From positions 1,173 to 65,172 of the forward strand of contig CALWKF010000007.1 in the NCBI GenBank assembly GCA_944381215.1: DNA of 64,000 bases, in the 5' to 3' direction. Below the pieces are notes generated by a model. That model had not been told where the DNA came from. It was given only the letters and a program-made list of their open reading frames with translations, and searched no databases. Below are positions 7,265 through 16,381 of this stretch, one piece after another (position 1 is the stretch's first letter; each line of letters starts with the position of its first letter). This DNA is from an uncultured Clostridia bacterium. GTDB lineage: Bacteria > Bacillota > Clostridia > Christensenellales > UBA1242. A program made the translations under genes and the position numbers.

Positions 7265-8197
7265 TTGAGTGAAAAAGTTTTGAATATTGTGGGCCTAAGC
7301 AAATCTTACGGCGATCGCAAAGTGTTAAGAAATCTCAATTTCGAAGTGTATGCTGGCGAGATATTTGGCTTTATCGGCCCAAATGGCGCGGGTAAATCAA
7401 CGTTAATTCGTATTATTAGTGGGCTTACACCACCTACCGAGGGTGAAGTTTTTATCTGTGGCGACTCTGTACAAAAGAACTTTGAGCGTGCCGTTTCACA
7501 CATCGGTGTCGTTATGGAAAATTGCCAACTGTATTCGTATATGACGGGACGTCAAAATCTTAATTACTTTGCAAGTCTAGTTAAAGGCATTACAAAAGAT
7601 AATATAGAGAATGTTATTAGGACTGTTGGGCTCGAAAATCGTATTGATGACCGTGTACGCACATATTCGTATGGTATGAGACAGCGTTTAGGACTTGCCC
7701 AAGCCTTGCTTAATAACCCAAAGTTGTTGATTTTGGATGAGCCAACAAACGGACTCGACGTAAACGGAGTCATTGAGTTACGTAGGACATTAAAAATTCT
7801 GTCAGCTAAGAATAATATGGGTATATTTATAAGTAGCCACGTATTATCTGAAATGGAGCAACTATGTGATACTGTGGCGGTTTTTGACCGTGGTAGCATT
7901 TTGGAAATGCGCACAATGGACGACTTCCGCAACGACAGCGGTGCACAGAAGAGGTTTAGAATTAGGGTCGATTACCCCAACTATGCAGGTAAAATTATTT
8001 CGTTAAAATACGGCCTCGATGTAGAGCTTGCTGGCAATTCGGTGCTCATCCCCTACATTCCCGAAAAGTACGACGATATTATTTCTGACCTAATTAGACG
8101 CAACTTAACAATTTATGGCACGACAGTTGTTTCAAAGAGTTTAGAGGACATTTATCTAGAAATATTAAAAGAACGCCGTTATGGAAAAATTTCTTAG
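7265..8197 (+). CDS. ABC transporter ATP-binding protein
   Basis: Walker A GPNGAGKST, signature YSYGMRQRL, Walker B LLILDEP. TTG start preceded by AGGAGG. Confidence 0.93.
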   Translation: MSEKVLNIVGLSKSYGDRKVLRNLNFEVYAGEIFGFIGPNGAGKSTLIRIISGLTPPTEGEVFICGDSVQKNFERAVSHIGVVMENCQLYSYMTGRQNLNYFASLVKGITKDNIENVIRTVGLENRIDDRVRTYSYGMRQRLGLAQALLNNPKLLILDEPTNGLDVNGVIELRRTLKILSAKNNMGIFISSHVLSEMEQLCDTVAVFDRGSILEMRTMDDFRNDSGAQKRFRIRVDYPNYAGKIISLKYGLDVELAGNSVLIPYIPEKYDDIISDLIRRNLTIYGTTVVSKSLEDIYLEILKERRYGKIS

Positions 8198-8207
8198 GAG
8201 TAAATCT

Positions 8208-9998
8208 ATGTCAAAAATGAGTAGATTATTGCGTGGAGAATTAAATAAAATTTTAATGCGCCCGATTTTGTATATAATCACGGGTGTCATTGTAATTGCC
8301 TTATTTTGTTCTGCCCTATTACTAAATATGGAAGATCGTGGGGATACGATGCTACATATAGACGGAGGCAGCAAAACTGAGGTAATGACCAACTTTACCT
8401 CTGCGCCAAATATGAATAAAAGTATTGCGGACAACATTGTAAACACCGCTTTTTCGAGATTAAGTTATTATGAGAGCGTTAACACATCGGCCGAAACTAC
8501 CGTTACGGCACAGTTAAAGAATTTGATTGACAACTCGGACTCGCGTCGTGGTGCTAGGCGATTGTTAAACGACTATGTTACTAGTATCCAGTATGCTGAA
8601 AACCCCGAAAATCCCTCGAACATCAGCGAGTTAAACAACATTCGCCTCGAAATGCTCGATGTATTAAACGACGCACGTACGATTTTAGTAAATGCCACTA
8701 ATGAGTCTATGCCCACAGTATTGATGCCGAATAAATCTTTCCAAGATTATATAACCTTAATTTCGGATGTCTCGTTTTACTTGCGTGCGGATGGTGCTGA
8801 CTTAAACTTGGTCGAAACCCACCGCGACATATATAATAATATTAGTACAGCAAACGGCTTTGCTGATATCGAAGGCATATCGTATTTTGACAAGCTCTAC
8901 TATATTACTAGTAACGATATCACAAACATAACGCTTGCAGATGAGACTATTAAGAATCTAACCACTAAATACGAAACCTCAACAGCTTTTATGGCTGAAA
9001 CGCTTTCAAATATCACAGCATACAGTTCTGATGAAGATGTTACGACTGGCACATTAAAGGAAGAAATTTTAAAATACTACTATACTGCAAATCAATACTC
9101 TACCCTTGTTAGTGATTCAATATATTTTGAACCAGTCAAATATTTTAACGATTCACAAGCTCATGTTTACATCGGTTATAGCGACGTTCATTTGTATCAA
9201 ATTCAAGAGCGCATTACTACAAATAACTATTTAATCGAAAATAATCTCACATCTAATCAATTTTCATCGGTGTTTACTCCAACAATGTCCTCTGGTCAAG
9301 AGGTTGGCGCATTTGACCTAGTTTATTTTGGCCTAGAAATTTGTAGTTTTATAATACTAATTTTCTGTGTCGTACTGGCAGGCGGAATGATTGCGGGAGA
9401 ACAATCATCAGGCACTCTAAAAGTGCTAGCAACCCGCCCATTTTCTAGGAACAAAATTCTTACCTCAAAAATTCTAGCATCCTTGATTTTCGGTACAATT
9501 TTCCTGGTATTCAGTGCGCTAGTTCTGTTTATTATAGGTTTTGCCGTCTACGGGCTTGACACGACACCAATACTTGCAGTATTCAATGCTTCCAGTGCCT
9601 TTATAATCTCGCCTTTCCTACTGATACTAATTTATCTTGCACTGTTGATTGTCAAAATTTTGTTCTACGTTTTACTCGCGACTATGATATCAACTGTATT
9701 TAGGAGCAATATCGGTGCTGTTACAATTTCGATATTCATCTACTTCTTGACCGCAATTTTTGCAGTACTATTTACACAATCAGGTTGGTATGCATTCCTG
9801 CCATTCGCTGGAATTGACTTCTTTAAATTCTTTGGTGGTGCCTTTGCGAGCGACCTAGCGAACCCGCTCAGCATCGCCTTCTCGAGCCCGATGTTCTACA
9901 ACTCAAGCCTGCTTGCGAGCGTACTGATTGTGTCCGTTACGATGATTATACTAACAATTCTAAGTTACGTTGTATTCAAAAAGCGCGAAATCAAATAA
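8208..9998 (+). CDS. ABC-2-type permease with a large N-terminal extracytoplasmic domain
   Basis: One N-terminal TM segment, roughly 340 aa of non-hydrophobic sequence, then about six TM segments. Translationally adjacent to the ATPase. Start set at MSKMSRLL, with AGGAG 7 nt upstream. Confidence 0.7.
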   Translation: MSKMSRLLRGELNKILMRPILYIITGVIVIALFCSALLLNMEDRGDTMLHIDGGSKTEVMTNFTSAPNMNKSIADNIVNTAFSRLSYYESVNTSAETTVTAQLKNLIDNSDSRRGARRLLNDYVTSIQYAENPENPSNISELNNIRLEMLDVLNDARTILVNATNESMPTVLMPNKSFQDYITLISDVSFYLRADGADLNLVETHRDIYNNISTANGFADIEGISYFDKLYYITSNDITNITLADETIKNLTTKYETSTAFMAETLSNITAYSSDEDVTTGTLKEEILKYYYTANQYSTLVSDSIYFEPVKYFNDSQAHVYIGYSDVHLYQIQERITTNNYLIENNLTSNQFSSVFTPTMSSGQEVGAFDLVYFGLEICSFIILIFCVVLAGGMIAGEQSSGTLKVLATRPFSRNKILTSKILASLIFGTIFLVFSALVLFIIGFAVYGLDTTPILAVFNASSAFIISPFLLILIYLALLIVKILFYVLLATMISTVFRSNIGAVTISIFIYFLTAIFAVLFTQSGWYAFLPFAGIDFFKFFGGAFASDLANPLSIAFSSPMFYNSSLLASVLIVSVTMIILTILSYVVFKKREIK

Positions 9999-10018
9999 AA
10001 TTTAAATTTTATCAACTA

Positions 10019-10063
10019 AAAAAGACACTTAAAATTGTAATATACAGTTTCTAGTGTCTTTTT
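10019..10063. terminator. Long imperfect hairpin, bidirectional terminator
   Basis: aaaaagacact...agtgtcttttt with flanking T- and A-runs. It lies between the convergent permease and rnhA units. Confidence 0.6.
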
Positions 10064-10224
10064 TAATTTATTTTGTTGTGTTTTTGTTCTATTGAATTCC
10101 CATCCATACTAATTTTTATTACCGAGTTGCCTATGTAGTCAAATATTGTGAAATAATCTTTTGCTGTATCGATGCATAGTGTTGTATCGGTATTTGGCGC
10201 ATCCTCGACTTTTCCACTTAGCAC
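10063..10224 (-). CDS. Small hypothetical protein (53 aa), below the ORF-track cutoff
   Basis: GTG start 10 nt after AGGAG. Translation: MLSGKVEDAPNTDTTLCIDTAKDYFTIFDYIGNSVIKISMDGNSIEQKHNKIN. It sits between the rnhA stop and the terminator. Confidence 0.35.
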   Translation of the reverse strand: MLSGKVEDAPNTDTTLCIDTAKDYFTIFDYIGNSVIKISMDGNSIEQKHNKIN

Positions 10225-10251
10225 TACTCACTTTCTCCTAAATCTTAAATA

Positions 10252-10710
10252 CTATTCATCCTGTTTTTGATTATTTAAAAAGTTATCAACTTCACCTCGT
10301 GCTAGAGCATCACATCGATTATTATACTTATCGGTACTGTGCCCTTTGACCTTATGCCAATATATCGTGTGCTTGCGCGTAAATTCGTCAATTTGTTGCC
10401 AGAGGTCAAGATTTTTTACAGGCTTTTTATCAGCAGTTCTCCATTCCCTAGCCCTCCAATCATCTATCCAGTGCTGTTTAAAGGCATTTACAATATAGGC
10501 GGAATCACTGTACAAATCAACTTCGCATGGTTCCTTTAACTTTCCCAGTGCCTTAATAACAGCCATTAACTCCATGCGATTATTAGTTGTGTTGTTCTCA
10601 AAACCACTGAATTCTTTTTCTATATTATTATAAATAAGTACACACCCCCACCCTCCAGGACCAGGGTTAACACTGCACGCGCCGTCGGTGTAGATTGTTA
10701 CTTTTTTCAT
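10252..10710 (-). CDS. rnhA: Ribonuclease HI
   Basis: YTDGACS..NPGPGGWG, NNRMELMA, YSDSAY, and H..D at the C-terminus. Start moved to MKKVTIY because the longer ORF runs through the tRNA. Confidence 0.9.
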   Translation of the reverse strand: MKKVTIYTDGACSVNPGPGGWGCVLIYNNIEKEFSGFENNTTNNRMELMAVIKALGKLKEPCEVDLYSDSAYIVNAFKQHWIDDWRAREWRTADKKPVKNLDLWQQIDEFTRKHTIYWHKVKGHSTDKYNNRCDALARGEVDNFLNNQKQDE

Positions 10711-10769
10711 AACTATTACTCCATATTTTATTAATAAAAAACGACCCAAACATACTGTTGAGTCGAAAG

Positions 10770-10843
10770 TGGCAGGGGAGCAGAGAATCGAACTCTGACC
10801 GATGGTTTTGGAGACCACTACTCTACCGTTAAGCCACTCCCCT
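10770..10843 (-). tRNA. trnW: tRNA-Trp (anticodon CCA), 3' CCA encoded
   Basis: Hand-folded cloverleaf. Acceptor AGGGGAG/CTCCCCT, anticodon loop CTCCAAA, T-arm CAGAG TTCGATT CTCTG. Close to B. subtilis tRNA-Trp as I recall it. Confidence 0.9.
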
Positions 10844-10856
10844 AAAAAGTATTATA

Positions 10857-10885
10857 ATTGTACTAAATAAAATTGAATTTGTCAA
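10857..10885 (-). promoter_or_regulatory. Candidate promoter of tRNA-Trp (TTGACA-17-TACAAT)
   Basis: Consensus -35 at 10885-10880 and -10 at 10862-10857, just upstream of the tRNA 5' end. Confidence 0.6.
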
Positions 10886-10912
10886 CCATATTTAGCAAAT
10901 AATACCTTTAAA

Positions 10913-11755
10913 TTAGACATTCTCCATAAATTCTAATAAATTTCTGCCAGCAAATCTAGTAGCAACCACAGAGTTAAACTTGCGCGAAATTTGTTCAAGC
11001 AAAGGCGGTAACCCATTGTAATCAATATCAAAGCCCACAGGATTGCACTCACCTGTCCCATTAAAATCACTACCGATTCCTATATTTTCATCTCCAATAA
11101 TTGAAATGATGTGGTCAAGGTGTGTAAGTATTGTTTTATTAGTTGCTGGTCTGTCGCTTAGTAAAGTTGAATATAGACATAGCCCAACAAAGCCTCCGCT
11201 ATCCCTAATCAAACACAATTGCTCGTCATCCAACGCGCGCGGAATATTGTAGACACTTCTACTACTTGTATGTGAGCAAAACAGAGGATATTTAGTCGTA
11301 TTCACGAACTCCATAAATGACAATTTGTTTAGATGCGCTGTATCAATTAAAATATGATTTTGTTCCAAAATTGAAATAACTTCACGACCAAATTTTGTTA
11401 GCCCTCCGTTACCATAAGCCCCACCCGCGAGGCGATTATCGTAGTTCCAGGTTAATGTTACCGCAAACGGATGAAAAGCTATAATTTCATCTAAATCGTG
11501 ATAATTTTCAATAAAACCTATGTTTTCAATAGTTGGTACAGCAATTGTGCTATTTTTTATTATATCAAACTTACGCTTCATTAAAGTTAGAATATTTCTA
11601 GAACTTAACTGCCGTAGCATTTTTTCACTAACATAAAAGGCCGTAAAAATTTTTACGACCTCGTTATTTATACAAAAATTTTTTAAATAGTTTTCAAAAT
11701 CGAAAACAGTGTCAAAAGTAGTCAACAAATCGTTGTGAGAATCACAAATCTGCAT
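10913..11755 (-). CDS. Membrane-dipeptidase (M19) family protein
   Basis: N-terminal DSHNDL, then HLDH and GIGSDFNG motifs. Confidence 0.75.
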   Translation of the reverse strand: MQICDSHNDLLTTFDTVFDFENYLKNFCINNEVVKIFTAFYVSEKMLRQLSSRNILTLMKRKFDIIKNSTIAVPTIENIGFIENYHDLDEIIAFHPFAVTLTWNYDNRLAGGAYGNGGLTKFGREVISILEQNHILIDTAHLNKLSFMEFVNTTKYPLFCSHTSSRSVYNIPRALDDEQLCLIRDSGGFVGLCLYSTLLSDRPATNKTILTHLDHIISIIGDENIGIGSDFNGTGECNPVGFDIDYNGLPPLLEQISRKFNSVVATRFAGRNLLEFMENV

Positions 11756-11766
11756 TATTTTACCTC

Positions 11767-13365
11767 TTATTTAGCGTAGTCTACAGCTCTTGACTCTCTG
11801 ATTACATTGACCTTAATTTGCCCAGGATATTCCATTTCCTCTTCAATCTTTTTAGCAATATCTCGTGCTAACAACATTGCCTGATCGTCCGAAATTTCCT
11901 CAGGTTTTACAATCACGCGAATTTCTCTACCAGCCTGAATTGCATAAGCCTTTTCAACGCCCGCAAAACCACTCGCAATCTGCTCTAATTTCTCTAATCG
12001 CTTTACATAATTTTCAATTGACTCACGACGGGCCCCTGGGCGCGCACTCGAAATTGTATCAGCCGCCTGTACGAGTACAGCTTCAACACAACTAAACTCA
12101 ACATCGCCATGATGCGCCTCAATACAGTTAATGACCTTCTCGTTTTCTTTGTACTTGCGCGCAAGTTGCGTACCAATGGACACGTGCGTTCCTTCCACTT
12201 CGTGATCAACCGCTTTGCCAACATCATGTAACAAACCACCACGACGAGCGACCATCTCATCACATCCAAGTTCGCTTGCTAGCATACCCGCAATAAAAGA
12301 CACCTCAATAGAGTGTTTTAGCACATTTTGTCCGTAACTTGTGCGGTATTTTAGGCGTCCAAGCGTCTTAACTAGCTCTGGATGCATACCAATAATGCCA
12401 GTTTCGAGCACTGCAGATTCACCTGCCTCTTTAATTTCACGCTCGATGTCTTTACGCGCCTTAGCAACGGTCTCCTCAATGCGCGCAGGGTGAATTCGGC
12501 CATCTTGAATGAGCTTGGTAATTGCAATACGAGCGACCTCTCGGCGTATTGGGTCGAACCCTGAAATTACTATCGTTTCGGGCGTGTCATCAATAATTAA
12601 ATCAACTCCAGTAGCCATTTCGATAGCCTTTATGTTGCGACCTTCCCTACCAATCAAACGCCCTTTCATATCGTCATTTGGTAAATCAATTGTCGATACA
12701 GTAGTTTCACTAGTCAAATCAGCAGAGTATTTCTGTATAGCATTAGATATGATTTCAGTCGCCAATTTGTGCGAGTTATCTTTAAGCTCTTGCTCGATTT
12801 CGCGCAATTTTAACGCAGAGTCGTGTTTTGCCTCATCAGATATCTGTGCGACCAACTTTTCCTTTGCTTCTTCACGGGACAGTCCAGCGACTTTTTCTAA
12901 TTCTTTTACGATCTCGCCACTCTTTTTTTCTAACTCATCTTGGCGATTGTTTAATTTTTTTTCTTGATTTTCTAACTTTTCCTTGTAGTTATCCAGGGCT
13001 TCACTTTTCTTTTCTAACGATTGTTCTTTGTTATTAATAAATTCTTCTCTCTCTAAAAAACGGCTATTTAACTTTTCCATTTCAATGCGACGTTCTTTGA
13101 GTTCGTTCTCTGTCTCAGTCTTAATCTTTAAAGATTCCTCTTGTGCTGAGAGTCGAGCTTCTTTTACAATTGTCTTGGCCTCCAAATGTGCATCTTCAAT
13201 AATGCTAGAAGCGGAATTTTTTGCATTGTTAATTTTCTTTATCACAATTGCTCTAAAAATTAAAATTCCCACTACTGCGCCTACTATAACACAACCTAAA
13301 ATAGCGACTACCAAAACAGCAGTGCTTATTTGGACACCAAGCAACCCTACAAATGAGTTGAGCAT
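11767..13365 (-). CDS. rny: Ribonuclease Y
   Basis: N-terminal TM segment, coiled coil, KH domain (GREGRNI), HD domain (HDVGK). Confidence 0.95.
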   Translation of the reverse strand: MLNSFVGLLGVQISTAVLVVAILGCVIVGAVVGILIFRAIVIKKINNAKNSASSIIEDAHLEAKTIVKEARLSAQEESLKIKTETENELKERRIEMEKLNSRFLEREEFINNKEQSLEKKSEALDNYKEKLENQEKKLNNRQDELEKKSGEIVKELEKVAGLSREEAKEKLVAQISDEAKHDSALKLREIEQELKDNSHKLATEIISNAIQKYSADLTSETTVSTIDLPNDDMKGRLIGREGRNIKAIEMATGVDLIIDDTPETIVISGFDPIRREVARIAITKLIQDGRIHPARIEETVAKARKDIEREIKEAGESAVLETGIIGMHPELVKTLGRLKYRTSYGQNVLKHSIEVSFIAGMLASELGCDEMVARRGGLLHDVGKAVDHEVEGTHVSIGTQLARKYKENEKVINCIEAHHGDVEFSCVEAVLVQAADTISSARPGARRESIENYVKRLEKLEQIASGFAGVEKAYAIQAGREIRVIVKPEEISDDQAMLLARDIAKKIEEEMEYPGQIKVNVIRESRAVDYAK

Positions 13366-13527
13366 TGGTATTTCCTCTCTTTTAAATTTATTGAAAAATC
13401 CTAGGGGATTGATATAAAACTTGCATTTTATATGCCTTATAATTTTAATTTATAAGAAGTAAAAAGTCAAGTTAAATTTTATTAAATAAGGTGTAAATAT
13501 AATTATTTACAAAATTTTATCAAATAA

Positions 13528-13553
13528 ACAAAAAAGATGCTGTTTAAGCATCT
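13528..13553 (-). terminator. recA intrinsic terminator (overlaps stop codon)
   Basis: agatgct taaac agcatct followed by TTTTTTG on the minus strand. Confidence 0.7.
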
Positions 13554-14602
13554 CCTTCTACATTGTTCTCATTTTCGATAACTATATCTTGTGTACTCTC
13601 TTTTGGAGCCAGTTCATCTTTGATGCGATCCTCAATTTCTTCATAAACAGCAGGATTGTCAGCCAAGTACTGCTTAACGTTTTCTTTACCCTGCCCGATT
13701 TTCTCGCCATTATAGGCAAACCAGCTACCACTTTTTTGAATAATGCCGTATTCCAGTGCCAGGTCAAGAATACAACCCTCGCGGGAAATACCTTTACCAT
13801 ATATAATGTCGAATTCACAAACCTTGAATGGTGGCGCAAGCTTATTCTTAACCACCTTGACTTTTGTTCGGTTACCAATTATCTCATTGCCGTCTTTAAT
13901 TACATCGGTCTTGCGCACATCGAGGCGGATACTAGAATAGAATTTTAGTGCCTTTCCACCAGTTGTGGTCTCGGGATTACCAAACATGACTCCGACTTTT
14001 TCACGCAACTGGTTAATAAAGATAACACATACATTTGATTTGTTGATGTACCCAGTTAGTTTTCTCATTGCCTGACTCATAAGTCGAGCAAGTAAACCAA
14101 CATGTGCATCACCCATTTCGCCATCAAGTTCTGCCTTTGGCGTAAGGGCCGCTACTGAGTCGATAATAATCAAATCAATACTACCACTGCGCACCAAACT
14201 CTCGGTAATGTCCAAAGCCTGCTCACCATTGTCGGGCTGAGAAATATACAAGGAATTGATATCCACTCCCAAATTGCCAGCATATACAGGGTCAAGTGCG
14301 TGCTCTGCGTCGATGAATGCAGCGGTACACCCCATTTTCTGCGCTTCTGCGACTATGTGAAGAGCCACCGTTGTCTTACCACTAGATTCGGGACCATATA
14401 TCTCTACTATGCGTCCACGCGGTACACCGCCAATTCCTAATGCTAAATCGAGAGTCAAGCACCCAGTCGGTATTACGTCCACAACTTGTCTTGCGTTGTC
14501 CCCGAGGCGCATGATAGCACCCTTACCGAATTGCTTTTCAATTTGAGCAATTACCTGTTCTAGATTTTTTTGTTTGTCGTCAATTTTTTCTTTTTCTGCC
14601 AC
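13544..14602 (-). CDS. recA: Recombinase RecA
   Basis: Unmistakable RecA sequence ([18 protein letters not shown]). GTG start. Confidence 0.98.
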   Translation of the reverse strand: MAEKEKIDDKQKNLEQVIAQIEKQFGKGAIMRLGDNARQVVDVIPTGCLTLDLALGIGGVPRGRIVEIYGPESSGKTTVALHIVAEAQKMGCTAAFIDAEHALDPVYAGNLGVDINSLYISQPDNGEQALDITESLVRSGSIDLIIIDSVAALTPKAELDGEMGDAHVGLLARLMSQAMRKLTGYINKSNVCVIFINQLREKVGVMFGNPETTTGGKALKFYSSIRLDVRKTDVIKDGNEIIGNRTKVKVVKNKLAPPFKVCEFDIIYGKGISREGCILDLALEYGIIQKSGSWFAYNGEKIGQGKENVKQYLADNPAVYEEIEDRIKDELAPKESTQDIVIENENNVEGDA

Positions 14603-14621
14603 TTTGTGTATTCCTTTTGTT

Positions 14622-14634
14622 AAACATTTGTTCT
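14622..14634 (-). promoter_or_regulatory. SOS box AGAACAAATGTTT upstream of recA
   Basis: Same 13-mer as at lexA. It lies just downstream of a TATAAT hexamer. Confidence 0.7.
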
Positions 14635-14661
14635 AATTTTCTAATATTATACTACAAAACT

Positions 14662-15651
14662 TTAAAAATAGGAAGTGTTTTTTCGCAATTTGTTAAAGAT
14701 TTTTGATAAAATAAGATTAAAAACATAAAATTCGTTATATTTGCGCTCTTTTGATACCGAATACTCATATCTTTTAATATTATTTTCATCTATTACGAGT
14801 ATCCGAGCACTATTAAAATTCCCCAGCGCAAGAATCAAAAAATCTAAGTTATACTTCTTTAAAATACCACTTGCGCTATCGACCGAGTTTAGATATTCAA
14901 AATCGCTATCGGTTATCGGCACAAGATATTCGCAAACCTTAGAAATGTTTTTAAGTTTTTCATCAGCAAAGCCGTCAGTAATCAAGTCATACAGTGCAAA
15001 ATACTGTTTGCGGATACCAACCAATTCGCTCACACACTCGACTAAATTCTTCCCTTCATCGTTGTAAATAAATTCGTTAAACCGCTGATACATGCACCGC
15101 AAAAAATCATCCATGTGCTGTTTCCCTACCTCGTTAATAGGTGTAAAAGTTAATCTAATATCACCAAAAGTCGAACATAGTGCGCAGTCAAAGTTATTAA
15201 TAAAGTCAACAGAACGAAGCGCGCCCGTCAACTCAAATTTATCAATACCAAAAAGACTCAGCGTCAAAGTCTGTTCGGTGTCATACAATACACGCAAAAC
15301 CGCTGGGTCTAGGTTAATATTTTGAGCACTCAAATCAACAATACTGCAAAAACGATTCCCATTTTTACAAAATTCGCCGAAAGGAGTCCTTATAATATTA
15401 GAGTTATAGAAGTTATTAATTGCGATTTTAATGTTTCTATAACAAGTTTCCTCACAATACCCGACAGCAACAATGGTACTGCTATCAAGGTATTTAGTAA
15501 TTTCTGGTATGCTCGAGTTAAGGGATAGAAATGTTATCGTATTTATTTCTTGCATAGCAAGACAAAAGTTGGGTCTAATATTAAATGTTATCAATTGCTT
15601 TAAAAATTCAGTGTTTCCCTCGTCGCTAAATACCAGTAAATTTGCTTTCAT
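14662..15651 (-). CDS. Divergent CinA-like protein (catalytic motifs not recognisable)
   Basis: Occupies the cinA slot between pgsA and recA. LSLFGIDKFELTGAL resembles the CinA FGIGESxL region. The C-terminal ESCTGG motif is replaced by DLITDG. Confidence 0.45.
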   Translation of the reverse strand: MKANLLVFSDEGNTEFLKQLITFNIRPNFCLAMQEINTITFLSLNSSIPEITKYLDSSTIVAVGYCEETCYRNIKIAINNFYNSNIIRTPFGEFCKNGNRFCSIVDLSAQNINLDPAVLRVLYDTEQTLTLSLFGIDKFELTGALRSVDFINNFDCALCSTFGDIRLTFTPINEVGKQHMDDFLRCMYQRFNEFIYNDEGKNLVECVSELVGIRKQYFALYDLITDGFADEKLKNISKVCEYLVPITDSDFEYLNSVDSASGILKKYNLDFLILALGNFNSARILVIDENNIKRYEYSVSKERKYNEFYVFNLILSKIFNKLRKNTSYF

Positions 15652-15654
15652 TAG

Positions 15655-16368
15655 TTATTCCTTTGCCTCGTGATTTTCAGTTTCTTTTTGCTCTTCTTCC
15701 TCTTCCTCTGCCTCGTCCTCAGTAATTATCTCATTTGTTACTACCTTTTCTTCAACTTCTTCAACCGCCTCCTGCTCTTTTTTGGGCATAATAAGGTCGC
15801 GGTTCTTTAGTGGGTAGTCGATTGCCGACCATGCAGTAACAATCGTTGCAGCAGCGAGTATGATGTAGCCAATTACATAGAACACTGTCATAACCACATC
15901 ATAGGCCTCGACTCCTGCAATTAGCCCCTTTAATTCGGCGATAAACATAAAGAAAGGAATGTAAATGTATGCAAGAATAGCCTTTATCTTTCCGCTTTTT
16001 TCTGCGGCAACAGCAACTCCCTTGGTTGCAGCGATTTGACGCACACCATTTACAATACAATCACGCGTAAATAAAACGGTTAGCGCAATAAGCCCCCAAG
16101 GAAACGCAATTGTTTGGTCGAAAACAATTAGAAATAAACTGCAAGTAATCAGCATCTTATCAGCGATTGGGTCGAGTAACTTGCCTAAATCGGTAACCAG
16201 CCCGTTCTTTCTAGCAATTTTTCCGTCAAAGAGGTCGGTTACAGCCGCTACAATAAACAGCACAATCGCTATAAACTTCCCATACGGAATAAATGGTGCC
16301 AAGTAGAAAAACATAATAAATGGTACAAGGCAAATTCTAATTATTGATAATTTATTTGGTAAATTCAT
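15655..16368 (-). CDS. pgsA: CDP-diacylglycerol--glycerol-3-phosphate 3-phosphatidyltransferase with acidic tail
   Basis: CDP-alcohol transferase motif DLFDGKIAR...G..LDPIADK. About 40 aa of Glu-rich C-terminal extension. Confidence 0.9.
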   Translation of the reverse strand: MNLPNKLSIIRICLVPFIMFFYLAPFIPYGKFIAIVLFIVAAVTDLFDGKIARKNGLVTDLGKLLDPIADKMLITCSLFLIVFDQTIAFPWGLIALTVLFTRDCIVNGVRQIAATKGVAVAAEKSGKIKAILAYIYIPFFMFIAELKGLIAGVEAYDVVMTVFYVIGYIILAAATIVTAWSAIDYPLKNRDLIMPKKEQEAVEEVEEKVVTNEIITEDEAEEEEEEQKETENHEAKE

Positions 16369-16381
16369 AAAAAACTCCTAA

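Noticed and set aside
10711-10818. N-terminal 36 codons of the tracked rnhA ORF
   Set aside because: They run through the tRNA-Trp gene. A good ATG (MKKVTIY) aligns with the RNase HI N-terminus.
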